DNA of 64,000 nt from Bacilli bacterium (GTDB taxonomy: Bacteria > Bacillota_I > Bacilli_A > RFN20 > CAG-826). Below are positions 26,645-35,616 of this stretch, one piece after another; positions within the stretch are counted from its first letter, which is position 1, and every line of letters begins with the position of its first letter. The stretch covers positions 43,017 to 107,016 of the forward strand of contig JAZLKX010000052.1 in NCBI GenBank assembly GCA_045597865.1, read 5' to 3'. The notes beneath the pieces were generated by a model, which did no database searches, was not told where the DNA came from, and saw only the letters and a list, made by a program, of their open reading frames with translations. The position numbers and the translations under genes are program-made.

Positions 26645-27321
26645 TGAAAGATTATGATGTAATTGTTTCACTTACTACTTGGAAAGGCCGCATCAATGAT
26701 GATAAGGTCTATAAGGTTATCTTTAGACTTTTGAAACAGCAGGTAACCAACTTTAAGTACAAAGTTGTGTTAGTTCTTTCAAGAGAAGAATTTGGCGATG
26801 ATTATGTTTTGCCTGAACCACTTGCATTGATGGAACGGTTTGAACCAAACTTTGAAATACTCTGGACAGATAAGAATACAAAGGCACTAAAGAAGCTTGA
26901 CCCAACAATGGCTAAGTATCCTGAGTTGCCTATCATTACAACTGACGATGACATTTTATTAAAGCCAAATGCAATAGACATGATGATGCAGGCTCATGTT
27001 GGCTATCCTGATGCAATACTTGGAACAGTATGCGGTACATATTTTTGTGATATTTGTCGTGTAGGTAATTTAAGATTATTCCCACCACATTCTTTGGCTG
27101 ATTTGCCTGTATCTGATTTTGAAAAATACTTTAATTGTTTGCATGATGATGAATGGAATGGAATCCGTGCTAAAGCAAAAGGCACACGCATGCTGAAGGT
27201 TGCTGATAAACTTATTGAAAATGTTTCATACGGCGACCAAACAGATTCATTCAGAAAGATTTACAGCAAATTTGATTTTAAAGCTGCTTACGATAAGTAT
27301 ATGAAAGAACATAAGGAGTAG
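26644..27321 (+). CDS. Glycosyltransferase-like protein (GT-A type, DDD motif), paralogue of 28936-29568
   Basis: VSLTTWKGRI, VLVLSREEF, EILW, ITTDDDIL; all shared with the minus-strand paralogue. Confidence 0.55.
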   Translation: MKDYDVIVSLTTWKGRINDDKVYKVIFRLLKQQVTNFKYKVVLVLSREEFGDDYVLPEPLALMERFEPNFEILWTDKNTKALKKLDPTMAKYPELPIITTDDDILLKPNAIDMMMQAHVGYPDAILGTVCGTYFCDICRVGNLRLFPPHSLADLPVSDFEKYFNCLHDDEWNGIRAKAKGTRMLKVADKLIENVSYGDQTDSFRKIYSKFDFKAAYDKYMKEHKE

Positions 27322-27328
27322 GTGTACG

Positions 27329-28105
27329 ATGAAAAAGTATTTAACTGAAGTAGTTTTATTAACGAAGAGCTATAATCTTCAGGATTTTAAAGATTGGCTA
27401 CATTGGCATTTAGATATTATTGGTTTTGACCATTGCCATGTATTTGATAATGAAAGTTCAGTAGACATTAAATCGGTGTGTGATGCTTATGGTGAAAAAG
27501 TTAGTTATGAACTGATAAAAGGTTGGCCTAATCAATACGAACTGTATAATAGATATGTTAATAAAGAAAGTAAAGCTTGGTGGGTTTTGCCTATTGATGA
27601 TGATGAATATCTTTGGATGAAAAATTTTGATAACGTAAATAAAATGATTTTGTATTATCAAGATAAATGGAAAGATATGAACAAGTTAAGTATTAGATGG
27701 CAGAACATGTTTCCAAAAGATCCAAAAGCTGACCGCGGAAATAAATCACTTATGGAATTTAATACTGAAAATAATACCAAATGGGCAAATTTTTTTACAG
27801 GCGGAAATTTACCAGTAAAAACATTTGTAAAGACTACAAATGAAGTTATATATGATGAAAAGTCTAGTCAAACTCATAATCCTATAGTAAATAATCAAAT
27901 GTCATATCTATGTAATGGCGCTAGATTAAAAGGAAATTGGTTTAGAAGTGGCCCATATAATGATGCTGACGTAAAACTTTTACATTTTCAGTATAAGTCA
28001 GCTAAAGAATGGGAATGGAAATGCAAAAATAGATTAGCTATTTTTGGAAAAAAGAAATTTGTTTATACGGCTGGCCAGGAAAAAATTATTGAGAGGATGA
28101 AATGA
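27329..28105 (+). CDS. Glycosyltransferase-like protein (GT2/GT92-like), paralogue of 34736-35551
   Basis: LTKSYNLQDFKDWLHWH, DNESSVDI, IDDDEYLW. Very AT-rich. Confidence 0.5.
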   Translation: MKKYLTEVVLLTKSYNLQDFKDWLHWHLDIIGFDHCHVFDNESSVDIKSVCDAYGEKVSYELIKGWPNQYELYNRYVNKESKAWWVLPIDDDEYLWMKNFDNVNKMILYYQDKWKDMNKLSIRWQNMFPKDPKADRGNKSLMEFNTENNTKWANFFTGGNLPVKTFVKTTNEVIYDEKSSQTHNPIVNNQMSYLCNGARLKGNWFRSGPYNDADVKLLHFQYKSAKEWEWKCKNRLAIFGKKKFVYTAGQEKIIERMK

Positions 28106-28947
28106 TATATTTTGTAAATCCACCCAGACATCCAAACATTGGCGATATAGCAATTTTTTATGCTAGTTCATTACTTTTTAATAAACATGAACTTAAATAT
28201 GAAATTATGAATATAGAAAACTATAAAAAATTTACTATTAAACCTGAGGATAAAATAGTAATACTTGGCGGAGGCTGGGTTGGAATATACGATTGTTCTT
28301 TAACTGATTTTTATTATGATATTATAAACAAATATGAAAAGACTAATAAAATAATTATGATGCCGAATTCATTTGCGCCAATAAAGAAATCTTTTAATAA
28401 AATAGTTAATGCTAAAATTACAATCTTTGCACGAGATCCAATATCATATGATAATTATAAAAAGTATTTTAAAAATGCAACTGTTAAATTATGTCCAGAT
28501 ATAGTATATTCGTTACCCAGAATAGATTATGCTCACGAAACAACAAATTGTACCGGCGTGTATGCTAGAAAAGATGTAGAAACGGTTAAAGGAATTGAAA
28601 AAATTAAAGGCGAATATGTATCTAGGTTTTTACAAAAATCAATAAATTATGATAAAAATTTAGATGCTTTATTTAATGTTGTGTATAAACAAATTTTTAC
28701 AATGACTAAATATGATGTAATTGTAACTGATACATTACATATGTCTATTTTTGCATATTTACTTAAAAAACCATGTATCATATTTGACAATAATTATGGC
28801 AAAGTTAATAATACATGGAAACAATATAAACATGCCTGTGTATGTCCTTATGATAATAATTTAGGACAAGACATAAACAAATATAATTTTAATTATGAAG
28901 ATATAGATTTTAATTTTGATGAGTTAGTCGCTGAATTAAAGAAATAA
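28102..28947 (+). CDS. Possible polysaccharide pyruvyl-transferase-like / GT-B-like enzyme
   Basis: N-terminal PNIGDIAIF and ILGGGW are reminiscent of the PS_pyruv_trans family. Weak assignment. Confidence 0.35.
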   Translation: MIYFVNPPRHPNIGDIAIFYASSLLFNKHELKYEIMNIENYKKFTIKPEDKIVILGGGWVGIYDCSLTDFYYDIINKYEKTNKIIMMPNSFAPIKKSFNKIVNAKITIFARDPISYDNYKKYFKNATVKLCPDIVYSLPRIDYAHETTNCTGVYARKDVETVKGIEKIKGEYVSRFLQKSINYDKNLDALFNVVYKQIFTMTKYDVIVTDTLHMSIFAYLLKKPCIIFDNNYGKVNNTWKQYKHACVCPYDNNLGQDINKYNFNYEDIDFNFDELVAELKK

Positions 28948-29568
28948 ATCTTTTAAAATCGGATGTGACTTATAATTATGTAAAGCTCCAACATCAGTAT
29001 GAAATAAATATGGAAATTTGTTTGGATGAACATATAAAATTGATATTTTTTTCTCTTTACACATTTTAAAATAAAAAGCATCATCTGATTTTAAATAGTG
29101 TTTATATTCTTTATAAAATTTTTCTAAAGTTTTATCATCTAAAAAACCAGGTGGATATAATGTACATGGGCCCTGTGTACAGCCATTTTGCTTTTTGTAT
29201 GTTATAACATTTAATTTATTTAAACAGTATTTTTCATACAGTTCTTCAGCATAATTATATGTGTATAAACAGTCGTCATCTGCACTTATGATAGGCACAG
29301 TTTTATACTTATCCATCGTAAACAGAACTTTCTTAAGTGATTTATAGTTCTTATATACCCATAAGATTTCAAAGTACTTACTAAGAAGCATCAAGTCTTT
29401 TGGCAATTCTTCTTCTTTCTTAGGAAATTCTTCTTCACTAAGTACAAGTACGATATGAAAACCCGGACAGTTCTTAATCAAACTATAAATGGTTTTACCT
29501 ACAGTATTGATTCTTGCTTTCCAGCTTGTTAAACTAATGATTGCCTTTTCACCTTGATACTCTTTCAT
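28936..29568 (-). CDS. Glycosyltransferase-like protein, paralogue of 26644-27321
   Basis: ISLTSWKARI, VLVLSEEEF, EILW, ISADDDCL. Convergent with the upstream + strand genes. Confidence 0.55.
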   Translation of the reverse strand: MKEYQGEKAIISLTSWKARINTVGKTIYSLIKNCPGFHIVLVLSEEEFPKKEEELPKDLMLLSKYFEILWVYKNYKSLKKVLFTMDKYKTVPIISADDDCLYTYNYAEELYEKYCLNKLNVITYKKQNGCTQGPCTLYPPGFLDDKTLEKFYKEYKHYLKSDDAFYFKMCKEKKISILYVHPNKFPYLFHTDVGALHNYKSHPILKDLFL

Positions 29569-29577
29569 TTATAGCAC

Positions 29578-30147
29578 CTAAATCTTAATTCCATCCACTT
29601 CAGTCTGATTCTTTGATGCAGCGACTAACTCTTTTAGTCGCTGCTCTTCTTCCGCGAAATAATCAGGCTTCTTGTACTTACCTTTGTTTCGCCATTCGGT
29701 TTTCCATTTCTTCTTGAAACCATAATCAGGATCGTACTTCTTAGTCACATACTTCGCAGGTACGTTGTTTGTAAGATACACACCTTCTTCCGTTGTCGGA
29801 TCTCGATAGATCTCATAACCCTTCGGCACAAGTACGCGGTAGCAGTAGATATGTTCATCGTCTTCATCATGTTCATTTGTGACCATGCTGTAAGCTCTGT
29901 CAATATCGCCGTAATCAAAGATGCAGTAGATTCGGCCATCATATACATCAAAGTCGTTATCCTTCTCACGGCTACGGCAACGAATGCCTTTTTCATCAAG
30001 ATCGCCGATATGACTTAGATGATACAGAATACGGAGCCCCGTCTTTCTGTCAATTTCAAAACTGTCATCATCAACACGTTCATCAGGATGGTATGTATTT
30101 GGCGTCACCCAGATCTCGTCGTCGTCCCCATCTATCTTTTGGTTCAT
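29578..30147 (-). CDS. Hypothetical acidic protein
   Basis: 189-aa ORF. Its first 65 nt overlap the end of 30083-30439 in another frame. Confidence 0.5.
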   Translation of the reverse strand: MNQKIDGDDDEIWVTPNTYHPDERVDDDSFEIDRKTGLRILYHLSHIGDLDEKGIRCRSREKDNDFDVYDGRIYCIFDYGDIDRAYSMVTNEHDEDDEHIYCYRVLVPKGYEIYRDPTTEEGVYLTNNVPAKYVTKKYDPDYGFKKKWKTEWRNKGKYKKPDYFAEEEQRLKELVAASKNQTEVDGIKI

Positions 30148-30439
30148 GTATGCTTACATTGAAACCGCAGGTCTGACAGATCTTCTTAAATTCATCAGCA
30201 GGAATTTTCTCCAGTACATCTTTGCTGAAAATGTAAGTGTCTTCGTATGTGCTGCTTGTTCTTGACAGATATTCATCAAACATGCTGAGATAGTCATAAT
30301 CAGGATCATATGCAGGATCGTCTTTTGACGGCAGAAGCTTCTTACCAATGATCAGCTTCAATTTCTTATCATTTGCCCATACGGATTCAGCTATGTAACC
30401 GTTCTCAGCGAGAATTTTTAAAGATTCAGAAAGATTCAT
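30083..30439 (-). CDS. Hypothetical protein with N-terminal L-x-E-(A/S)-x-x-I-L-x-x-N-G motif
   Basis: MNLSESLKILAENGYIAE; the same motif heads 30725 and 32121. Confidence 0.55.
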   Translation of the reverse strand: MNLSESLKILAENGYIAESVWANDKKLKLIIGKKLLPSKDDPAYDPDYDYLSMFDEYLSRTSSTYEDTYIFSKDVLEKIPADEFKKICQTCGFNVSIHEPKDRWGRRRDLGDAKYIPS

Positions 30440-30440
30440 T

Positions 30441-30539
30441 TTATAGCGCCCATATAATTAAACCAACAATGATACTTGCTGCTAGTATCAACTCAAATTC
30501 AGTGCATTTGTACTTATCATTAGGATCCTGCTCGTGCAT
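30441..30539 (-). CDS. Tail-anchored micro-protein (32 aa)
   Basis: Strong SD gaggagg 6 nt upstream of the ATG. Sequence MHEQDPNDKYKCTEFELILAASIIVGLIIWAL. Confidence 0.4.
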   Translation of the reverse strand: MHEQDPNDKYKCTEFELILAASIIVGLIIWAL

Positions 30540-30724
30540 CTTAATCCTCCTCACGAATAATTTCGCGTAAAATGCCTAGAATCACAAAAGTCCAAACTAT
30601 CACATTCATCTCACTTTATTTATTTGGTATTTTTATAAATAATTTACGAGGATGATTAAGGTTGCTTGGCTAAATAATCACGGCACTTACTTTTGAATAA
30701 ATACATTAAAAGGAGTTTTAACAG

Positions 30725-32044
30725 ATGAAGCTAACAGAAGCATTAGGAATTTTGAAAAAGAACGGCGCCATCATTTCAGAAGCAAATAAGGTTGACGCTG
30801 GTTATGATCATCGTGGTTGGGCTCGTTATGGTTTTAACAGCCCTAACAAGAACCGCGGCTATGTAAAGATGCTGAATTTCCTTTATCATGCTGAAAATGG
30901 TATGAGCAAAAAAGATATTCACAATTGGATGGGTCTAAGTACTGCCCCAGGTAACCATTCTGCAACTTGGACAGAAATGTCTGATGCTGGTTTGGCAAAA
31001 TATGACAAGCATGAACAGGTGTGGAAGATTACTACTAAGGGTAGAAAATATCTTGAAGATAATGATCTTGTCATTGACTTTAAAGAATTGACTGAACCTT
31101 ATGATAAAGCTGGTGGAGCAGGAAAGAGTTCAAAAGAACTTAGGAATGAACTGGTTGATATTGTTGCCAAGGCTGGCGGCTTAACTCGCCGTGAAATATG
31201 CAGTGCAATGGATCTTGACTGGGATGTTTGTAAGAACATTCTCAGTGCCTGTTTGCATGCGGGCGAAATTGAATGGGACGATGATGCAGGCGTATTTAAG
31301 GCAGTTGAAGCAAACGCTGAAAATCTTAAGAAAGAATTCCTTGAAGTATTGAAACGCAAACATACACTTACCTATGAAGAAGCAGCTGAAGAATTGGGCG
31401 TAAGTATCAAGCAGGCCGTTGCTGCAGGTAATGAATGGATTAAAGCCGGCGTTGTTGATTGGAGTCCTAATAACCAGGTATTCTTCATTCCTAAAAACGA
31501 TAAGAAACCAAGCGGTGACGACGACGATATGTATGATGATACGCCAATCGTTAAGCAACGTGATGAATCTTTCTTTGGATTCCTCAAGCAGAACGGCTAC
31601 CGTCTAGTTGAAGATACTGATGATTCTGATGATCTTGAAATTCAAAAAGACGAATATATTCGTAATCGTCGCCGAGCAGATAGATTTGGCCGAGGTAGTC
31701 ATTCAAATTATGATTGGCGTACAAAGGAAGGAAAAGCACGCCGTGATTTAAATGCATTGGACCCTGATGGGTACTGGGCTAGAGACCACTACAACACTAA
31801 AACAGACAGAAATCTTCACAGTAAAATATGGAATGCAAAATTATATAATCTTATCAATGCATTGAAAGATGCTGGCCTAAAAGCTGCACCGCATGATTAT
31901 TATGATGCATGTGTAAAAAAAGGCAAACATACTTGGTACATTTTAGTGGATTCTGAAAATGATAGCATTCTTGTACAAGATGAAGATGATGAAGAATACA
32001 CAACAGTCAATTCTATTGACGAACTAATCAATTTAATTGGCTAA
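30725..32044 (+). CDS. Protein with N-terminal LKxNG motif, three winged-helix-like repeats and an acidic C-terminal region
   Basis: MKLTEALGILKKNGAIISE, with an internal second copy FLKQNGYRLVED. wHTH-like units ...LTRREICSAMDL..., ...LTYEEAAEELGVS... Confidence 0.6.
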   Translation: MKLTEALGILKKNGAIISEANKVDAGYDHRGWARYGFNSPNKNRGYVKMLNFLYHAENGMSKKDIHNWMGLSTAPGNHSATWTEMSDAGLAKYDKHEQVWKITTKGRKYLEDNDLVIDFKELTEPYDKAGGAGKSSKELRNELVDIVAKAGGLTRREICSAMDLDWDVCKNILSACLHAGEIEWDDDAGVFKAVEANAENLKKEFLEVLKRKHTLTYEEAAEELGVSIKQAVAAGNEWIKAGVVDWSPNNQVFFIPKNDKKPSGDDDDMYDDTPIVKQRDESFFGFLKQNGYRLVEDTDDSDDLEIQKDEYIRNRRRADRFGRGSHSNYDWRTKEGKARRDLNALDPDGYWARDHYNTKTDRNLHSKIWNAKLYNLINALKDAGLKAAPHDYYDACVKKGKHTWYILVDSENDSILVQDEDDEEYTTVNSIDELINLIG

Positions 32045-32120
32045 TAAGATAACAATTTTTCATTCAATTCCGCAATCTTTGAATGAAAAAAAATGATTGC
32101 GAAATGGAGATAAAAATAAT

Positions 32121-32579
32121 ATGTTGCTAAGTGAAGCTAAAGAAATCCTAAAGAGGAATGGTTACCGTCTTACTGAAGTTTATGATGCAGTAACTGACAG
32201 AAATAACATTAAGAATTCTCGTCAGTCACGCACAAACGGCTATGTTCCTTATATACTTAAAAGAATTAGATTGGCATTAGCTGAAGAAGGAGTTGAAGCT
32301 GAACTACGTGGTGACCGTACTGGATCCTGGTTAAAAATCGGTCATTTCACTTTGTGGCAGACTACACAAGACTGGGAGTCAGGATATGTGAATCATGTTC
32401 CTAGAAGTGTTGAAAAAGATAACATTGGACCTGAAAGCGGACAACACGCTGATTTTAAATCAGTTGAAACTGAAGTTACTTTAACACTATATTCTGGTAT
32501 GAAACAAGTTGACACTGCTGATTTTGACCCTCGTAATACTCCAAGCATGGTTGAATGGATTCTTGACCACATTGAATAA
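32121..32579 (+). CDS. Hypothetical protein with N-terminal LKxNGY motif
   Basis: MLLSEAKEILKRNGYRLTE. ATG 32121 lies after ggag. Confidence 0.55.
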   Translation: MLLSEAKEILKRNGYRLTEVYDAVTDRNNIKNSRQSRTNGYVPYILKRIRLALAEEGVEAELRGDRTGSWLKIGHFTLWQTTQDWESGYVNHVPRSVEKDNIGPESGQHADFKSVETEVTLTLYSGMKQVDTADFDPRNTPSMVEWILDHIE

Positions 32580-32634
32580 GATTGTTCCAAGGATTCTGAA
32601 ATATAAGTAAATACTTCGGAAAAAATTATTTAAG

Positions 32635-32659
32635 GCCGGCGTCAAAGCGCCGGTTTTTT
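32635..32659 (+). terminator. Rho-independent terminator
   Basis: ccggcg / cgccgg stem plus tttttt, immediately followed by the class-II motif. Confidence 0.65.
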
Positions 32660-32692
32660 ATTATATTTGAATAAAATCAAAAAGGAAGCAAT

Positions 32693-32890
32693 ATGTCACC
32701 ATTACTTTTGGTCATAACACTTTTCATCTATCAGATTCTGGCACAGATCATCGGCGCGGGCGCAGCTAAAAAGGCAGCAACGAACGGCGATAAAGTAAAC
32801 ATGCTACATTTGGCCGGATTTTACTATGCGTGGCAATTTATCTTTCAGCTCATATTCGTGATTGTTTTAAGTCAGCTAGGTGTGATATAA
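32693..32890 (+). CDS. Small membrane protein (2 TM)
   Basis: Hydrophobic 65-aa ORF after aaaggaag. Confidence 0.5.
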   Translation: MSPLLLVITLFIYQILAQIIGAGAAKKAATNGDKVNMLHLAGFYYAWQFIFQLIFVIVLSQLGVI

Positions 32891-32921
32891 ATAACATACC
32901 AAAAATTAAGGAGAAATCAAA

Positions 32922-33422
32922 ATGATTAAGGAATCAAAGAAGTTTACTAAGTATCAGTTGAAGACTGCTTTCGAGTATTTCAATGACTTGTTCAATAAGC
33001 CGGGACAGAATCCTACTTATTCTGCATTCATCTATGCCAACCATGAAATCTTGTTGCCGCATTATCTTGCACTTCAACAGGCTGTGTATGATGAAAACAA
33101 CGATCCTCAGTATCGTGAATTCCAGCACAGAGCTCGTGACATTCAGGTTAAGCACGCTGATGTTGATGAAAACAACAAGAAGAAGTTTACTGAAAATGGT
33201 GAACCTATCGTAACAGTAAACCGCGAAGCAGCTATGAAGGAACTTGGCGCTTTGCAGGAAGAATATAAGGAACTTATTACTCGCATTCAGAATAAGAATC
33301 AGACAAACTCTGCCCTTTATGGTCAGACTGTTGAATTGGAAGTTGTAGTACTTCCGGCAACTCAATTCGTAAACGACGCGCCTCCGTACATTGTTGGTGC
33401 ATTCATCACAGGAGCTATCTAA
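32922..33422 (+). CDS. Hypothetical protein
   Basis: ORF track; SD aaggag upstream. Confidence 0.6.
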   Translation: MIKESKKFTKYQLKTAFEYFNDLFNKPGQNPTYSAFIYANHEILLPHYLALQQAVYDENNDPQYREFQHRARDIQVKHADVDENNKKKFTENGEPIVTVNREAAMKELGALQEEYKELITRIQNKNQTNSALYGQTVELEVVVLPATQFVNDAPPYIVGAFITGAI

Positions 33423-33423
33423 T

Positions 33424-33765
33424 ATGTTCAATGCGCCGATCTCTACTGCAAACCTGCTATCGGCTGAAACTATCAAATTCTATGTGCTAAGACATAGGAA
33501 AACCGGAGCATACTTTACTGGTGCACACAGTGAGCCATCAACTTTGCATGCAATGTATGCTGGAACTATCACCGAATGCGATATTTTTGCTTCCAAAGAT
33601 ACAGCAGAAGCAATGCGGTCAAATGCGCTAAAGAAACTTTCAGACGATGTGATGACAGCAAACGAAGTTTGTATGTATGACTTCATTGCGGAATCTGAAA
33701 TCGTCACAGTTGAAAAAACCGTTACATATCGTGAACCTACAGGTGTAGCTCCACGAGGAGTTTAA
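33424..33765 (+). CDS. Hypothetical protein
   Basis: ATG 33424 lies right after the upstream stop. Confidence 0.55.
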   Translation: MFNAPISTANLLSAETIKFYVLRHRKTGAYFTGAHSEPSTLHAMYAGTITECDIFASKDTAEAMRSNALKKLSDDVMTANEVCMYDFIAESEIVTVEKTVTYREPTGVAPRGV

Positions 33766-33771
33766 TAAAAC

Positions 33772-34302
33772 ATGCCTGATTACAATGTTGAGATTTTACA
33801 ACATCCAACAGAAGATGATTGGCAAACAGTAAAGCTTCTTGCCTTAAACACGATGGGCAAGAGCTATATGAAGGATAAGGAAATGTCTCAGGAATTGAAG
33901 GCTAAATATCTTCGTTCTGAGCATTCACCTATTCGTGCTTTGCAGTTTATCATCAAGATGGAAATTCCGTATTATGTTTCTACACACCTTGTAAGACATA
34001 AGTACGGCGTTGAACATTTTATTCAGTCACAGCGAAATGATCGTCAGGATAAGTATGACCGTGAACAGGCACCACAGGGCGCTTTGGTATCACATATCAT
34101 GCTTGTCAATGCTCAAGCGCTGATGGCTATGTCAAGAAAGCGTCTGTGTGGTAAAGCTGATATTACTACGCAGAAGGTTTGGAGAACTGTTGTCAAAAAG
34201 GTACTTGAAACTAATCCTGAATTTAAGGAAGTTCTCGTTCCTAACTGTGAATACCTACATTCTTGCCCTGAGTTCCAATCTTGTGGGCGTTGGAAAGAAT
34301 AA
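33772..34302 (+). CDS. thyX: FAD-dependent thymidylate synthase-like protein (short ThyX)
   Basis: EHSPIRALQFIIKMEIPYYVSTHLVRHKYGVEHFIQSQRN fits the ThyX signature RH(R/K)-x7-S-x-R. The downstream NAQAL..SRKRLC helix also fits. Confidence 0.65.
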   Translation: MPDYNVEILQHPTEDDWQTVKLLALNTMGKSYMKDKEMSQELKAKYLRSEHSPIRALQFIIKMEIPYYVSTHLVRHKYGVEHFIQSQRNDRQDKYDREQAPQGALVSHIMLVNAQALMAMSRKRLCGKADITTQKVWRTVVKKVLETNPEFKEVLVPNCEYLHSCPEFQSCGRWKE

Positions 34303-34748
34303 TGAAAGATGTTGCTATAAAATGCGATTTTAAGAAGGCAATGAGCGATGCTCATTGCCTTCTTACTAAAAAGGATATGGCTACTTTTCTTAACAAGCAT
34401 CCGTTGCTTCAAAAGAATGGTGACCAAACAACATATTCGTTTAAAGACATTCCAGAAATCGGCCAAGTTATCTCAATAGCAACGACATATATGCATGTTG
34501 CTGAGGGTTATAAAATACGAGATGAACACGGATATTACACCGATGTATATCGTGTAGAACCTGAAATCTTTGCTATAGGCTGGCAGCGATATACATATAA
34601 GCTTATGACTGCTGAATTGGTGGATAACATTATCAAAGCAGTTCATACAGCAGCACTTGAAGCACAAAAACAGCACAGACGGGCTATGGTTGAATGGAAT
34701 AAGTATCTTATTATGCAAGAAGCTGAACAGGATTTATGCTCCACATAA
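34302..34748 (+). CDS. Hypothetical protein
   Basis: ATG overlaps the thyX stop (TAATG). Confidence 0.55.
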   Translation: MKDVAIKCDFKKAMSDAHCLLTKKDMATFLNKHPLLQKNGDQTTYSFKDIPEIGQVISIATTYMHVAEGYKIRDEHGYYTDVYRVEPEIFAIGWQRYTYKLMTAELVDNIIKAVHTAALEAQKQHRRAMVEWNKYLIMQEAEQDLCST

Positions 34749-35551
34749 TTTGTTTGACAAAAAGTTACCGACTTGATGATTTTGAATGCTGGGTAAAGTT
34801 CCATGTTGGTCCTAACACGAAGATACATATCATTGATAATGATTCTTCGGTAAACATTGAACCCATTTGTCAGAAATACGGCTTAGAAAGAATCACACTT
34901 TTTGGCTTTGCTGACCAATGGGGACTTTTTGGTAACATACTAAATGGAAAAACAGAGATAAAGTTTGAAGAGGACGACATTGTGATGTTCTTAGATGACG
35001 ATGAATTCCTTTGGTATGATGGAAATAAGTATTCGTCCTTAGAATGCGCATTAAAAGCCAGTTTTAAACAGACGGGTTGTTTATTATTGCCTGAAATTTT
35101 GATGTCCACGCATCATTTAACGGTCGGTAGAAGCACTGTTTGTCCCGAGGCGTGCTATTATCGCCGAGGCGATTTGTCAAGCCAAGGAAAAGCAGCAGTT
35201 TTATGGGCGTCTTGGCTCAAATACTCCTTTAATCACGGCGATACTGAAATTGGACATGTGCCGTGGATAAACAAGCACCGCTATTCTGATGTACTCGGAT
35301 CGGATGTAAGTAAGACTACTTACGGACTTTGTGATTATGAGGCTCCTTTGAGACTTTATCATTATCATATTAAGTCGGAAACTGATTGGAATATCAAAAT
35401 ACAACGAGGATCTGCCGCGGTATTTGTGAATAAACCCGGAAAAAACGGAAGTTATGACCCGGACATTACCAAAGATAAGAAATTTGGTGGGTATGACATC
35501 CCGGATTTTACTATGAAGCAAGCTTGGGAAAGAATCAAAGGAAATTCTTAG
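34736..35551 (+). CDS. Glycosyltransferase-like protein, paralogue of 27329-28105
   Basis: LTKSYRLDDFECWVKFH, DNDSSVNI, LDDDEFLW. Confidence 0.5.
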   Translation: MLHIICLTKSYRLDDFECWVKFHVGPNTKIHIIDNDSSVNIEPICQKYGLERITLFGFADQWGLFGNILNGKTEIKFEEDDIVMFLDDDEFLWYDGNKYSSLECALKASFKQTGCLLLPEILMSTHHLTVGRSTVCPEACYYRRGDLSSQGKAAVLWASWLKYSFNHGDTEIGHVPWINKHRYSDVLGSDVSKTTYGLCDYEAPLRLYHYHIKSETDWNIKIQRGSAAVFVNKPGKNGSYDPDITKDKKFGGYDIPDFTMKQAWERIKGNS

Positions 35552-35559
35552 CTTGACTA

Positions 35560-35606
35560 TTTACAGTAATAGGAAAAGTTGTTAAATTTTATTCGTAATC
35601 AAAATG
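35560..35606 (+). promoter_or_regulatory. Class-I promoter P6 plus leader
   Basis: TTTACAG-N16-TAAATTTTATTCGTAATCAAAA. Confidence 0.65.
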
Positions 35607-35616
35607 GAGAAACACA

